The notes under the pieces: generated by a model
The model's database searches: none
What the model saw: the letters and a program-made list of their open reading frames with translations, nothing else
Told to the model about the DNA's origin: nothing
Program-made: the position numbers and the translations under genes
From: an uncultured virus (IMG/VR IMGVR_UViG_3300020473_000027)
Lineage: Duplodnaviria; Heunggongvirae; Uroviricota; Caudoviricetes
IMG/VR virus record: IMGVR_UViG_3300020473_000027
DNA: 64,000 nucleotides
Direction: 5' to 3' (one strand)
Shown: one piece after another, positions 10,345 to 20,407 of the stretch
How the letters are laid out: every line of letters begins with the position of its first letter
Position numbering within the stretch: position 1 is the first letter of the stretch

Positions 10345-11906
10345 TGGCTTTTCTTAAAATAGATACATCAAAATTGAACAGGCGTTATGGTAGAGGTGGG
10401 CCAGTTGAAAAGTCTGCTCGAGTAAGTACATTTAATACTCCTAGTAAAAATAGAGCTCCAGATATACCTAAAACTGAAGCAAAAGAAGGAGATGTTTTAA
10501 GCTACTTTGACGACACAAAAGGTAAGGTTTTAACTTCATTCGATGGAGGTTACCAATCTTCCGAAACGTCTAAAGTTTCAGATATGAATAAATTTGACCA
10601 GGGGCAGTATGTTACCACAGTTGATGCTCCTGCTAATGCCAAAGTCCAAACAAGAGGCGAAATACTTTATGCTATGAATAGGAAAAACATAGTTTCTTTT
10701 GGAACTGGCAGTGCGGACTCTACAAGTCAAAAATATATGGATTATTTAGCTGACGATACATGCGATACTACAAGCGGAAGCTCTACTATTACATGTGATA
10801 GTACAAATATTCTTAATGGAAAAATAAAGATTGGAATGAATGTTGTAGGTACTGGAATTCCAGAACATGCAATAGTTAAGACATTTTTAAGCACAACTTC
10901 TTTTGCGATTGGAACATATAAAGGAGCTAACGCTGGTGTTCAGGCTACGAGTTGCTCAACTGTAAATGCTACAGCTAATGGAACTAATGTTGAGTTAAAA
11001 TTTTATGGAACCGTACTATATCTTGATGGGAGCCGAGGTGGTAAACTGGGAAGTATAGTTTATATAGATAGAGGTAATGAATGGTATAAAAATACTGTTG
11101 ACTCTATAATTCTTCCGCGATCTGGAAGTGGAATTAATCCAAATAAGGAATTAGGCAGAGGTGAGGCTTATAGAATCACTTTATTGTTTGGATCCGATGA
11201 GTTTGCTCTTAGAGCAGGTAGTAGCGTAGGAAGTGGTGAAACCTATGGTAATGTAAATAATTCTAATAATTCTGGGGAGCATAAGGAAATACTATGTTCT
11301 GATGGCATTCCTTTTTATTATACTCCTTACAAGTTTGTCGATGCGCATATAAGATGGCTTACCCCTTATCCATCTCAAAAAACACCTGTTGAGCTAGAAA
11401 GTCAGACTAATAGTGATTTCAGACTTGTGTGGACTGGGCGAGCACCGAATCAACTGGTTGGAAATATAAAACATATGGTTAATGTGGCGCAACAGATAAG
11501 ATATGCAGATAGTAGCGATAATACAGTTATAACAGAAATAAAGAATACAAAGATTCCTGCTAAAGCTATTATCTCAAAAGTGGTGGCAAAGGTTGCTAGA
11601 ACTAGTAATTTAACTACACACGCTGTTAACCTTCAGATGTCTGCAACCTCGGGAACTGCAGCTGATTCAAGCATATCATCTGGAACTGAATTACTTGGGG
11701 CTGGAGTAGCAAATACAGATAGCACAGATAGTGCAAGTGCTTCTGATATAGATTTAAAGCAAAGTGGGGATGTATGGATATGTAATGATACCGTGAGAAA
11801 CGGTGGATCTGATCAATATTTATATATCTGCAATGCAGGTACTAGCAATGGAACAACAAATTCAACAGCTGGTACTGTAGAAATATACATAGAATACTAT
11901 GTATAG
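10344..11906 (+). CDS. Tail-associated protein with a DxTCD domain
   Basis: Coupled to the nozzle gene; N-terminal ~90 aa shared with the protein at 59126. Confidence 0.6.
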   Translation: MAFLKIDTSKLNRRYGRGGPVEKSARVSTFNTPSKNRAPDIPKTEAKEGDVLSYFDDTKGKVLTSFDGGYQSSETSKVSDMNKFDQGQYVTTVDAPANAKVQTRGEILYAMNRKNIVSFGTGSADSTSQKYMDYLADDTCDTTSGSSTITCDSTNILNGKIKIGMNVVGTGIPEHAIVKTFLSTTSFAIGTYKGANAGVQATSCSTVNATANGTNVELKFYGTVLYLDGSRGGKLGSIVYIDRGNEWYKNTVDSIILPRSGSGINPNKELGRGEAYRITLLFGSDEFALRAGSSVGSGETYGNVNNSNNSGEHKEILCSDGIPFYYTPYKFVDAHIRWLTPYPSQKTPVELESQTNSDFRLVWTGRAPNQLVGNIKHMVNVAQQIRYADSSDNTVITEIKNTKIPAKAIISKVVAKVARTSNLTTHAVNLQMSATSGTAADSSISSGTELLGAGVANTDSTDSASASDIDLKQSGDVWICNDTVRNGGSDQYLYICNAGTSNGTTNSTAGTVEIYIEYYV

Positions 11907-11927
11907 GTAAAAGAAAAGGAAATTAAT

Positions 11928-12812
11928 ATGGCAAATGGAAACGGATGGGCATCACAATTAGCTGCTTTTAGAACTGGCCAGGGAACTGGGGCTGGTATGG
12001 GTTTATATGACCTACTTGGAAAGGTAACAGGGGATCTTAGGGTTCTCCAGAAGAGGGAAGATGAACAGGAACAGCAATATGGAGAACAGCAGGATAAGTA
12101 TGCCGATAAAGAATCTAAGCGCGGAAGGGATAGAATAAAAGGAGCTTTATTGGGCGCAGCTCTTTTTGCTTTAACTGGAGGAACGTCAGCTTTAGGATAT
12201 GCTCTTGCAACTGGTGCTGGTAGTTATGTCGGTCAAAAAGCTGGTAGGGGTGGCGTTACATGGAGAACTCCATTAGGTCGAAAGAATACGCTTCAGCAAA
12301 TAGTTAAAAGTGGTTCCGATACTTTTTTCCACCAGGGAAGAGAAAGAAAATTAGATCGTAGAAGAGATGATATAAATAGATGGATTAAGCAAGCAGATCA
12401 AGTCTTTGACCAGAATATCACAACTAGCGCATTATCGGATGCATATACAGCTTACAAACTAGGTTCTCTAGATTGGAAAGGCTTTGCATCAAATCTTAAA
12501 AATCTTAAAAATTTACCATCGCTTGCAAAGGGAGAAATAAGCCTTGCGGATTACAAAAGACTCGCAGGAGGTGGTAGTTTAACTAGAGGGCCTTCACCTA
12601 AAGGGGTTGGATTAAGAAGTGGTTTAGGGATTGGAACTTTAGATAAGATTAGAGAGGAAGGATTAGAGCAAATGGAGCGTAATAAAAAATTCTATGGAGC
12701 TGGGTACCCAGATTATTTCTCTAGAATTCTTTCGATGGATAGGAATAGGCTTGACACACCAAAGAAATTTGATTATGAAGAAGCTATGAAGTTATTAAGT
12801 GGAGGTAAATAA
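11928..12812 (+). CDS. Putative internal virion/ejection protein
   Basis: Gly/Ala hydrophobic hairpin; follows tail genes as in podoviruses. Confidence 0.55.
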   Translation: MANGNGWASQLAAFRTGQGTGAGMGLYDLLGKVTGDLRVLQKREDEQEQQYGEQQDKYADKESKRGRDRIKGALLGAALFALTGGTSALGYALATGAGSYVGQKAGRGGVTWRTPLGRKNTLQQIVKSGSDTFFHQGRERKLDRRRDDINRWIKQADQVFDQNITTSALSDAYTAYKLGSLDWKGFASNLKNLKNLPSLAKGEISLADYKRLAGGGSLTRGPSPKGVGLRSGLGIGTLDKIREEGLEQMERNKKFYGAGYPDYFSRILSMDRNRLDTPKKFDYEEAMKLLSGGK

Positions 12813-12813
12813 T

Positions 12814-14379
12814 ATGGCAATATATCAACCACCACCACCACCTATGCCTACAATGGGAGCAAATATTTCTAATGATCCAGAGGAGCTTCAGATGAATCAA
12901 GATGATGGTGATAATAAGTCACCTACAATAGGTGAACAAAAGTTAGCTCAATGGCTTAAAGACGCTGGTCTTGGACAGTATACTGATTTCTTTGGAGGAG
13001 ATATTAGTAAGATAGCTGATAAATTAGGTCTTTCTGGAAAACAAGCGGAGATGTTTGCAAAGTTTATTAGGCCTTTTCAAAGAGAAAGATTTGATAAGCT
13101 TATTGGTTCAATTGAGCCATACAGGCAGGAGCAGGAAAAGTTTTTAGGTAGGCAGTATGACATAGGTCAAGAAGCAGCAAGAAGCGGTCTTTCTCAAAGT
13201 CTATCTGGGTTAAGGCAGAATCTTCAGCTTGGCGGTATGCAAGCAGCTGAAAGAAGCGGGGGATTTGCTGGAGCTGGCGCTCAACAATCTGCTTTGCAGT
13301 TAGCAAGAGATGTGGCTGGTCAAAGATATGGAGGTTTAACTGGTCAATATCAAACTAGACTTTCAGACCTTGGACTTACGCAAGAAAGAGGATTATCTGC
13401 TTTGGATGAAAAGATAGAGGGTAGAAAAGGTCAAGTGTATGGTCTTCTTGGAGACTATATGGATAGAGTTCTTACTCTTGGTCAACAGTTTTTACAATAT
13501 GACCCAGCAGGTGGAGGTTACGGCGGTCAGACTACCGGAGGAGGTGGAGGCTATGGAGGTGGATATAAGGACACGGGGGATGAAGGAGATGATGTTATAA
13601 CTACTGAAGAAATAGCATCTAAAGTAACTGGTTCACCAATAGGAAGTAGAACAAAGCCAGGAAAAGTAACTGCTATATCTGGCAATAAGGGAACAGGTAG
13701 CACTATAGGAAGTGGAACTACATTTGGAGGCACAACAGGTCTTGGAACAGGTTCTGGGGTAACAATTGGAACTGGAACCACTACTGGAACTGGCACAACT
13801 ACTGGAACTGGCTTAGGAACTACTCCGATAACTGGCTTGGGTAAGAATACAGGTACAAGCACAGGTCTAGGTCTAGCTACAACGACAGGTCTTGGAACGA
13901 CTACAAAAAATTTAAGTAATTATGTTCCACAACCTTTTAAGCCTGGAGTTCCAGATCCAGGATTTAAGTTAACAACATCAGCACCAGCTCTTATGGCTCA
14001 GCCAGCCGCCCCAGTAGCTACTACAAGCGGGGCTAATATAACATCAGATGAGAATCAAGGATTTGCACAGGCATCTTTAGGTGGAATGGAACAAGTTCAG
14101 CCAACCCCTTCAATTCAACCACCAGCACCAGTGGCACCTAAAGGTGGGCCAGGCGGTGGTTTTGTTGAAACCACTCAACCAGCTAAACCAGCAACTCCAG
14201 TACCGCCCACTCAACCACCAGCGCCACCACCTATGTTAAGCGCTGAATTAGGCGGAGGAGCAGCTATGCAAGAAGTCGACCCAGATGTAGGTTCAATGAT
14301 ACAAGCTTTTAAAAACCCGGGATACGGTATGTTTGATATCTTTTCAGATAGTCCCTGGTCAGATAGTCCCTGGGCGTAG
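12814..14379 (+). CDS. Putative ejection protein with G/T- and P-rich low-complexity C-terminus
   Basis: ATG 12814 after GGAGG; Q/G-rich helices; GTGT repeats. Confidence 0.6.
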   Translation: MAIYQPPPPPMPTMGANISNDPEELQMNQDDGDNKSPTIGEQKLAQWLKDAGLGQYTDFFGGDISKIADKLGLSGKQAEMFAKFIRPFQRERFDKLIGSIEPYRQEQEKFLGRQYDIGQEAARSGLSQSLSGLRQNLQLGGMQAAERSGGFAGAGAQQSALQLARDVAGQRYGGLTGQYQTRLSDLGLTQERGLSALDEKIEGRKGQVYGLLGDYMDRVLTLGQQFLQYDPAGGGYGGQTTGGGGGYGGGYKDTGDEGDDVITTEEIASKVTGSPIGSRTKPGKVTAISGNKGTGSTIGSGTTFGGTTGLGTGSGVTIGTGTTTGTGTTTGTGLGTTPITGLGKNTGTSTGLGLATTTGLGTTTKNLSNYVPQPFKPGVPDPGFKLTTSAPALMAQPAAPVATTSGANITSDENQGFAQASLGGMEQVQPTPSIQPPAPVAPKGGPGGGFVETTQPAKPATPVPPTQPPAPPPMLSAELGGGAAMQEVDPDVGSMIQAFKNPGYGMFDIFSDSPWSDSPWA

Positions 14380-14408
14380 AATAAAATAAGGTTTTTAAGG
14401 AGAATAAA

Positions 14409-16049
14409 ATGTCAAACGGTTTTAATTATGAATCACCTTTAAACGCTTTTTTAAGCAGAGGATTGCCTCAAATTGTTAGCGAAATCTCTAGAAAGCAAGA
14501 AAGAGATAAGGAACGCGAATCGCAAGATAAATGGAGATTGCGCGAATGGAATGAGAATACAAGGCGATACAATGAGAATGTAAGGCGAGAAGAAGATAGG
14601 GATAAGCTGAATTTCGATAATCTTTTAATTGAAAGAGGTTCAAAAATAAGTAGTTTACAAGGAAGGGATAATTATTACAGAAATTTATTAGACTCTGGTA
14701 AGCTAAGATCTGATAAAGGATATGATTTATTAGAAGGAGCAATGAAAACTACTGGAGAGCATATTAATATTGCCAATGATTTAGTTACTGGACTTGATGT
14801 GTATAATCTTAATGAATTTGAACTAAGGCAAGTCGAGAATCACTATAATAGTGGAGATTTTAATGAGGGATTTAATTCATTAATAAATATAATAGATAGA
14901 AAGTTAAAAGCAAGCCCAGAACAAATGATGAGAGCTAAGAATCTTTCGACTGAAAGGCAAAAATTAGCCGAGACACTAGTTGATCCTTTGTCGGCAACAA
15001 TATATGATGCAACCGCATTAGAGAAGATGAGGGGAGATAAAGATAGGCTTGATGCGGAGATATCTGAAATTTTTAGAGGAGCTTCTATATATAAAGATAC
15101 AGCTGGTGGTAATGTTGAATCGACCGATTACGGCGTATTCCAGATTAATGATAAAACTTGGGATAAGACTTCGCAAAAAATGTTTGGAAAAGATACAAGA
15201 AGATTAACACCGCGAGATAATATTAAATTGGCTTCTTGGATAGTTAAAAACAGTCCGCGAACTGTAGGTGGCTCAACTTCAGGATGGAATAATTGGTCTG
15301 TTGTGTTGAATGATTCATATAAACAGCACATGAATAAGTCTGATAGTTATTATATGGCTGGAGGTCTGTCTAAAGCTAATTTAGATTTAATAAATAAAGA
15401 ATTTGGGGATGATGCTCCTATAGCAAAAGCTGTCATGATGGCGGAATCAGGTGGTAGGCATAGCGCTATGAATCAAAATTTATCTGGAGGTAGAAGTAAG
15501 ATTGGGAAGAATATACTAGAACATAAACCTTTTGAAAAAGGAGGTGAGTGGAATAGAATAGCTATAGAAGAAATGTCTGGAGCACTCGGTATTTCTAGTC
15601 AAGAATTAAGGGATAAGCATGGAGATTATATAAATAAAAACTTTTTAATGAAATACGCTGGAAAGGATCTGAATCCTTCTCAAGCAAAGTCTGCTTTAGA
15701 ATCTTTTAAAAAAGATTTGGTAGCTCGTTCTAATATTGGTACTGTTAAATTTAAAATTCCCTCAGGGAAACATCAAGGTAAGAAAATTAATATAAAAATA
15801 ATAGAAGAAATGGTTAATAAAAGGAATAAACCAGATTGGCGAAGAAAGCAGAAATTAGGAAGTGTTTTATATAATATAACAGGTGGGAAAAGGCAGTATA
15901 AATGGATTGATGCTTTTGCCAAGGAAATTGGATATAACACAGCAGAAGATTTATTGCTAGATAAAAAAGAAGCATCTAGAAAAATAAATGAATATTACAG
16001 AGGTGCAACTTCAGCAACTCAAAAGAATAAATATGAGATAATATATTAA
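14409..16049 (+). CDS. Ejection protein with lysozyme-like/transglycosylase domain
   Basis: 'DYGVFQIN', 'NIKLA..I', 'GWNNW', 'AVMMAESGG' motifs. Confidence 0.75.
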   Translation: MSNGFNYESPLNAFLSRGLPQIVSEISRKQERDKERESQDKWRLREWNENTRRYNENVRREEDRDKLNFDNLLIERGSKISSLQGRDNYYRNLLDSGKLRSDKGYDLLEGAMKTTGEHINIANDLVTGLDVYNLNEFELRQVENHYNSGDFNEGFNSLINIIDRKLKASPEQMMRAKNLSTERQKLAETLVDPLSATIYDATALEKMRGDKDRLDAEISEIFRGASIYKDTAGGNVESTDYGVFQINDKTWDKTSQKMFGKDTRRLTPRDNIKLASWIVKNSPRTVGGSTSGWNNWSVVLNDSYKQHMNKSDSYYMAGGLSKANLDLINKEFGDDAPIAKAVMMAESGGRHSAMNQNLSGGRSKIGKNILEHKPFEKGGEWNRIAIEEMSGALGISSQELRDKHGDYINKNFLMKYAGKDLNPSQAKSALESFKKDLVARSNIGTVKFKIPSGKHQGKKINIKIIEEMVNKRNKPDWRRKQKLGSVLYNITGGKRQYKWIDAFAKEIGYNTAEDLLLDKKEASRKINEYYRGATSATQKNKYEIIY

Positions 16050-16050
16050 T

Positions 16051-19000
16051 ATGGCGCAAATTAGTATAGGCGATTTTTTTGGGGAAACCCAACCGCAGGA
16101 TTCCTTGGAACAAAGATTGGAATCTTTAGATGCTCTTGGTACGGTTACCCCTGACACTACAATCAGTATTGATGATTTTTTTGAGCAACCAACCCAGCAG
16201 GTTGGAGAAATGCCTAAAGTCCAGAGTTCTGATGTTTGGGATTGGTTACCCGATGTGTTTAAAAAGGGATATAATGAATCTCTTACTGGAATGGCGCAAA
16301 GAATCGCGACAGGAGAAGCACCTTTTGATATAGAAGATTATCATCCAAGTGTACTTAAAGATATAACTGCAAATGTTATCAGCTTTCTTGTGCCAACAGA
16401 TCTTCTTGCTTTTGGGTTAACTGGTGGAGCTGGAGCTTTAGCTGCGAAAAAAGCTGGGCAAATAGCTTTAAAACAAATGGCTAGAGCTGGCGTAAAGAAA
16501 AAATTTGCAGAGAAAACGCTTAAAGAAGGTATGGAAACATTGGTAGCCAAAGCTGGCGTTTCAGCTGGAACAGGTGCAACTGCTTTGGGAACTTATAGTG
16601 GAATAGCTGACGCTATGGTACAACAAATAGAAGAAGGAAATGTAGACTGGGGAAAGGTAGTCGGGGCTGGAGCTAAGGGAGCTACGCTTGGTGCAACTGT
16701 TGGCGCTATCGGAGGAAGGGCTGCTTTTAAAGGAACAAGTGAAGCTGGTAGGATAGCACAAGAGATAGCTGCATTTGGAATAGGTAGCCCAGCGTTAGAG
16801 TTAAGACTTCCAACTCCTCAAGATTTTGTTCACGCTGGTGGAATGATTCTTGGAATAAGAGGGGCAACTGGCGCTGCGAAAGCGGGATGGAGAGCAGCTA
16901 CAGGTCAGCCTATTATCCAGCCACAAGTAAAGGCTAAGAAAGCATCACCAGAAAAGATAGAAGAAGTAGCAAAAGCTAGGCTGGAAAAAAGAGAAGATAT
17001 TAGAAGTAAAGACCAGATATGGAAATCTGAAAGAAAAGGGTTTCAAGAAACTAAAATAGTAGGTGAGAGAACTAGCGATAAAACTGGTCTTAAATTATTT
17101 CAATTAAAAGATTCTAAGTCTGGAAAAACATTAGAACTTCCTAGAAATGAGTTCTTTAAAGAATTTGATTTATATAGAGATGCACTTTCGCCAGAAGCGT
17201 TACAAAAGAAAAGACTTGGTGAGGTTGCTGGGTTAAGTAAAAAGCTTACATCGGAAGAATATGGATTTTCAGATAAATTTATAAAAGAGAAGAAGTTCCA
17301 AATTGCTGGTAATGAAAACATAAGCAGTAAAGATATGAGTCCACGCCAATTATTTAAATACAGAAAATCATTAAGGTATGAAAAAGAACTCATAGATATA
17401 AAGAAAGACCTTAAGGGGCTCTTAGAATTTGAACCTGGCAAAACTCTTCTAGAAAGAATACTTCCAGAAAAATGGGTTCAACCAATGATGTCAGCAGAGG
17501 CTAGGATTAAGACTACAGAGGGAAGACAGCTTGGACATGATATGATTCCAAAAGCAGATGCAAGGAGAGCAGAATTGGTCGGTTCTTTTGTTCAAGAAGC
17601 TGTTGCTGAAAGTGGATTAAAAAAATATAAAAATCCAAAAGAGATAGCTGATGCGTTGGAAGGAAGACCGTCAAGCGCACAGGCTAAAGCTGTAGCTGAT
17701 AAAGTAAAAGTTGCGTTAGATAGGGCTTATGAGATGGCTAAAGATGCTGGTATAGATGTATCTGGTTATATAGAAAAGTACTATCCACGTATGATGAGGA
17801 AAGATATACAGCAAATAATATTTGATGACCTAATGCCTTTCCTTGAAAAGAATCATAAGCTTTTAGATAGCAAGATAACACGACCACAAGATTTGAGAAT
17901 TATAAATAAACTTATAGAGAGCTCAGTTAAGGCGGGTGAATTTAATAACTATACAAATAGGGCTTTAAACAAACTTGTCAAAGAAGGTAAGCTGTCGTAT
18001 AAAGACGCTATGGATAACCTTAGAAGTGATGTTATGGGAGAAATGTATTCTCCTTTTGGTAATCTTGAAAAAGCTAGAAAGCTTGAGTTGCCAGCTGAAT
18101 TTTACGAAAGAAATGCTAAAGAAGTAATAGTCAGGTATTTCGATAAGTTTGCAAGAAGGGTGGCTTCTGCTGAAGTATTCGGAAAAAAAGGCGAGAATGC
18201 TAAGGCTCTACTTGACTCGCTAAGATTTAAAAATCCTGGAGAGTACAAAGTGTTGAAAGAATTATATTCAAACTTTACTGGCCTTTCAAGCGTTGATCCA
18301 GCTAAAGCTATGTCACCTGCGGCAAGAAAGTTAGCAGAAAGAATTATGTCTTTCGAGTACGCAACTAAAATTGGTCTTGGGTTTGCAACTATACCAAATA
18401 TAACTCAGTTTACCATATCTACAGCAGCAGAAGCTGGGTATTGGAGATTCTTAAGGGGAGCATATCAGCTTCTTGATAAAAACACAAGGAATAAGATAAA
18501 ACGATCTGGGGCGACCCACCATAATGTAATGGATATGCTTCTTGGTACTGACATAGGCTGGAACCCAATGTCTTGGAGAGAAAACATTAAAAAGATTACC
18601 ACAGATAAAGGAAATAGATTTACCCACGTGGCTAGTTTACTTTCAACTGTGAGTTTATTTAAGCCTATAAACTACCTTAACCAGCTATTAGCCGCCTCAA
18701 CAGCTGATGTGTATGTTAGAGATTTACATAGAATTAGCAAAAAAAGTGTATCAGGTGCAAGAAGAGATTGGGCTAAAAGAAATCTTAAGAGACTTGGAAT
18801 ATCAGATAAGGATTACAATAAAGCTAGTTTATCTGATAAAAATATAGAGCATGCTATGTATAGGTTTGCGAAGGAAAGTCAGTTGCAGAAAGATATTCTT
18901 AAAGACCCACTTGCTTTTAACAATCCAAAGCTAAGACCATTCTTCATATTTAAAAGATTTGGTTTTAGGCAGGCTAAGTATATGAAAGACCTTATGAGAA

Positions 19001-19632
19001 GGGAAGTGTTTCAGCAGAAGAATGTATTGGTGCCATTAAGGCTAGCTGTTGGCGGATGGTTCGGAGCTGATTTTGTCATTTGGGCTAAGGATAACCTTAT
19101 AAAATTATTAAGTGGCGAAGATGTCGTAAGGGAGGATAGAAAAGGATTTGAAAAACTTATTGAATCTATAAGTACTGTTGGGGCTATGGGATTCTTTTCA
19201 GACATACTTGACGCTGAAGATAAGCTTGCAGCTATAAAATTTACCTTAAACCCAGTTGTTCTTTCAGATATGGAAAAACTATATACAGGAACAAGATCTC
19301 TATTTGACAATGTTGAAGAATATGGATTTAATTCTGTTGGACTACAAAGAAGCGTAAAGGGCTATGCTGGTATATTTGGAAGCGTGATAAAACAATTGGC
19401 AAAAAGAGCAGAAATGCCAGGTCAAGAAAAAAGAGGAATATCTAACGAAAAGGGAAAGCTTAGGTCAAAAATATTTGATTACTTCCTAGAGGGTAAGAAG
19501 GATAAAGCAAAACAACTTATTCTTGATTGGAACAGAAAAAGAGGAACGAATCCGTTTACAATGAATGATATAAGTTCATCAGATATATACCAATATGTTG
19601 TTCGCAAATTAATGTATAGGTTAACACCGTAA
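16051..19632 (+). CDS. Large internal virion (DNA-ejection) protein
   Basis: 1193 aa, helical, Gly/Ala-rich N-terminal segments; homologue begins at 62865. Confidence 0.65.
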   Translation: MAQISIGDFFGETQPQDSLEQRLESLDALGTVTPDTTISIDDFFEQPTQQVGEMPKVQSSDVWDWLPDVFKKGYNESLTGMAQRIATGEAPFDIEDYHPSVLKDITANVISFLVPTDLLAFGLTGGAGALAAKKAGQIALKQMARAGVKKKFAEKTLKEGMETLVAKAGVSAGTGATALGTYSGIADAMVQQIEEGNVDWGKVVGAGAKGATLGATVGAIGGRAAFKGTSEAGRIAQEIAAFGIGSPALELRLPTPQDFVHAGGMILGIRGATGAAKAGWRAATGQPIIQPQVKAKKASPEKIEEVAKARLEKREDIRSKDQIWKSERKGFQETKIVGERTSDKTGLKLFQLKDSKSGKTLELPRNEFFKEFDLYRDALSPEALQKKRLGEVAGLSKKLTSEEYGFSDKFIKEKKFQIAGNENISSKDMSPRQLFKYRKSLRYEKELIDIKKDLKGLLEFEPGKTLLERILPEKWVQPMMSAEARIKTTEGRQLGHDMIPKADARRAELVGSFVQEAVAESGLKKYKNPKEIADALEGRPSSAQAKAVADKVKVALDRAYEMAKDAGIDVSGYIEKYYPRMMRKDIQQIIFDDLMPFLEKNHKLLDSKITRPQDLRIINKLIESSVKAGEFNNYTNRALNKLVKEGKLSYKDAMDNLRSDVMGEMYSPFGNLEKARKLELPAEFYERNAKEVIVRYFDKFARRVASAEVFGKKGENAKALLDSLRFKNPGEYKVLKELYSNFTGLSSVDPAKAMSPAARKLAERIMSFEYATKIGLGFATIPNITQFTISTAAEAGYWRFLRGAYQLLDKNTRNKIKRSGATHHNVMDMLLGTDIGWNPMSWRENIKKITTDKGNRFTHVASLLSTVSLFKPINYLNQLLAASTADVYVRDLHRISKKSVSGARRDWAKRNLKRLGISDKDYNKASLSDKNIEHAMYRFAKESQLQKDILKDPLAFNNPKLRPFFIFKRFGFRQAKYMKDLMRREVFQQKNVLVPLRLAVGGWFGADFVIWAKDNLIKLLSGEDVVREDRKGFEKLIESISTVGAMGFFSDILDAEDKLAAIKFTLNPVVLSDMEKLYTGTRSLFDNVEEYGFNSVGLQRSVKGYAGIFGSVIKQLAKRAEMPGQEKRGISNEKGKLRSKIFDYFLEGKKDKAKQLILDWNRKRGTNPFTMNDISSSDIYQYVVRKLMYRLTP

Positions 19633-19736
19633 TGCCTAATCGAGCAGCGAAAGAACGCAAGAGACTTAGACGTAAACTTGCTATGGAAAACAAAAGAATT
19701 AAAAGAGAATTAAGGAAAGCTAGGAAGGAAAAATAG
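19632..19736 (+). CDS. 34-aa highly basic peptide (MPNRAAKERKRLRRKL...)
   Basis: Hand translation; TAATG coupling. Confidence 0.6.
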   Translation: MPNRAAKERKRLRRKLAMENKRIKRELRKARKEK

Positions 19737-19737
19737 A

Positions 19738-20397
19738 ATGAACGGAGCAAAAACAATAGGTGAATTAATGGGCGAATCCGAAGAGCCACTAAACACTATG
19801 AAGTCAATAGATGATATAATTAGTTCAGCTAACTTAAACGAGTTTCTTTCAGCAGCTCTTGAAGATGCGGTAAGCGTTGAAGCTTCAAATAATATGAGAG
19901 AATATGGCCCAAGAGAATTTGGACTATCTCAAATGCCTGAAAGACAGATAGAAGCTCCAGGTCTTGGCCCTCTTGTAGAGACTTTAGCGATGGGTGGAGT
20001 TGGTGGCGCAAAAAGTTTAGCTGATATAGCAAAGCAGATATTTAAGAAATCAACAGTAAGGAAGAAAGTAAACCCTCACTGGAGAAATCTTACCCCAGAT
20101 CCAGATCCAAAAACTCTAGCGAAAGAGTCATTAGAAAGGTCTAAAGCATGGAAGCTTCTTAGTAAAGAACAGAAAGAAGATGTGGCTAAATTGTATAAAA
20201 AAGAGTTCGATTTGAAAACTTTCGAAAGAGCTACGAAAGCCGAAAAAGGAGCTGAGGAACTTTTAAAAATGGGAAAGAAAAAAATTCACGGGAAATCACT
20301 CGCTGACTACATGAAATTAGAGGAGGGAAGAACAAGTCTACCTGGCCCGACGCTTCCAGAATTGGTTTCTCTTCTGTTAAAAAAATATAGTAAATAG
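19738..20397 (+). CDS. Hypothetical protein, paralogue of 20408
   Basis: Shares 'KSIDDII' and 'PERQIEAPGLGPL'. Confidence 0.6.
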   Translation: MNGAKTIGELMGESEEPLNTMKSIDDIISSANLNEFLSAALEDAVSVEASNNMREYGPREFGLSQMPERQIEAPGLGPLVETLAMGGVGGAKSLADIAKQIFKKSTVRKKVNPHWRNLTPDPDPKTLAKESLERSKAWKLLSKEQKEDVAKLYKKEFDLKTFERATKAEKGAEELLKMGKKKIHGKSLADYMKLEEGRTSLPGPTLPELVSLLLKKYSK

Positions 20398-20407
20398 GGT
20401 TATAAAA

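Noticed and set aside
13690..14374. GTGT/Pro-rich repeats and a 15-bp tandem duplication near 14344-14373
   Set aside because: Ordinary low-complexity coding sequence and slippage.
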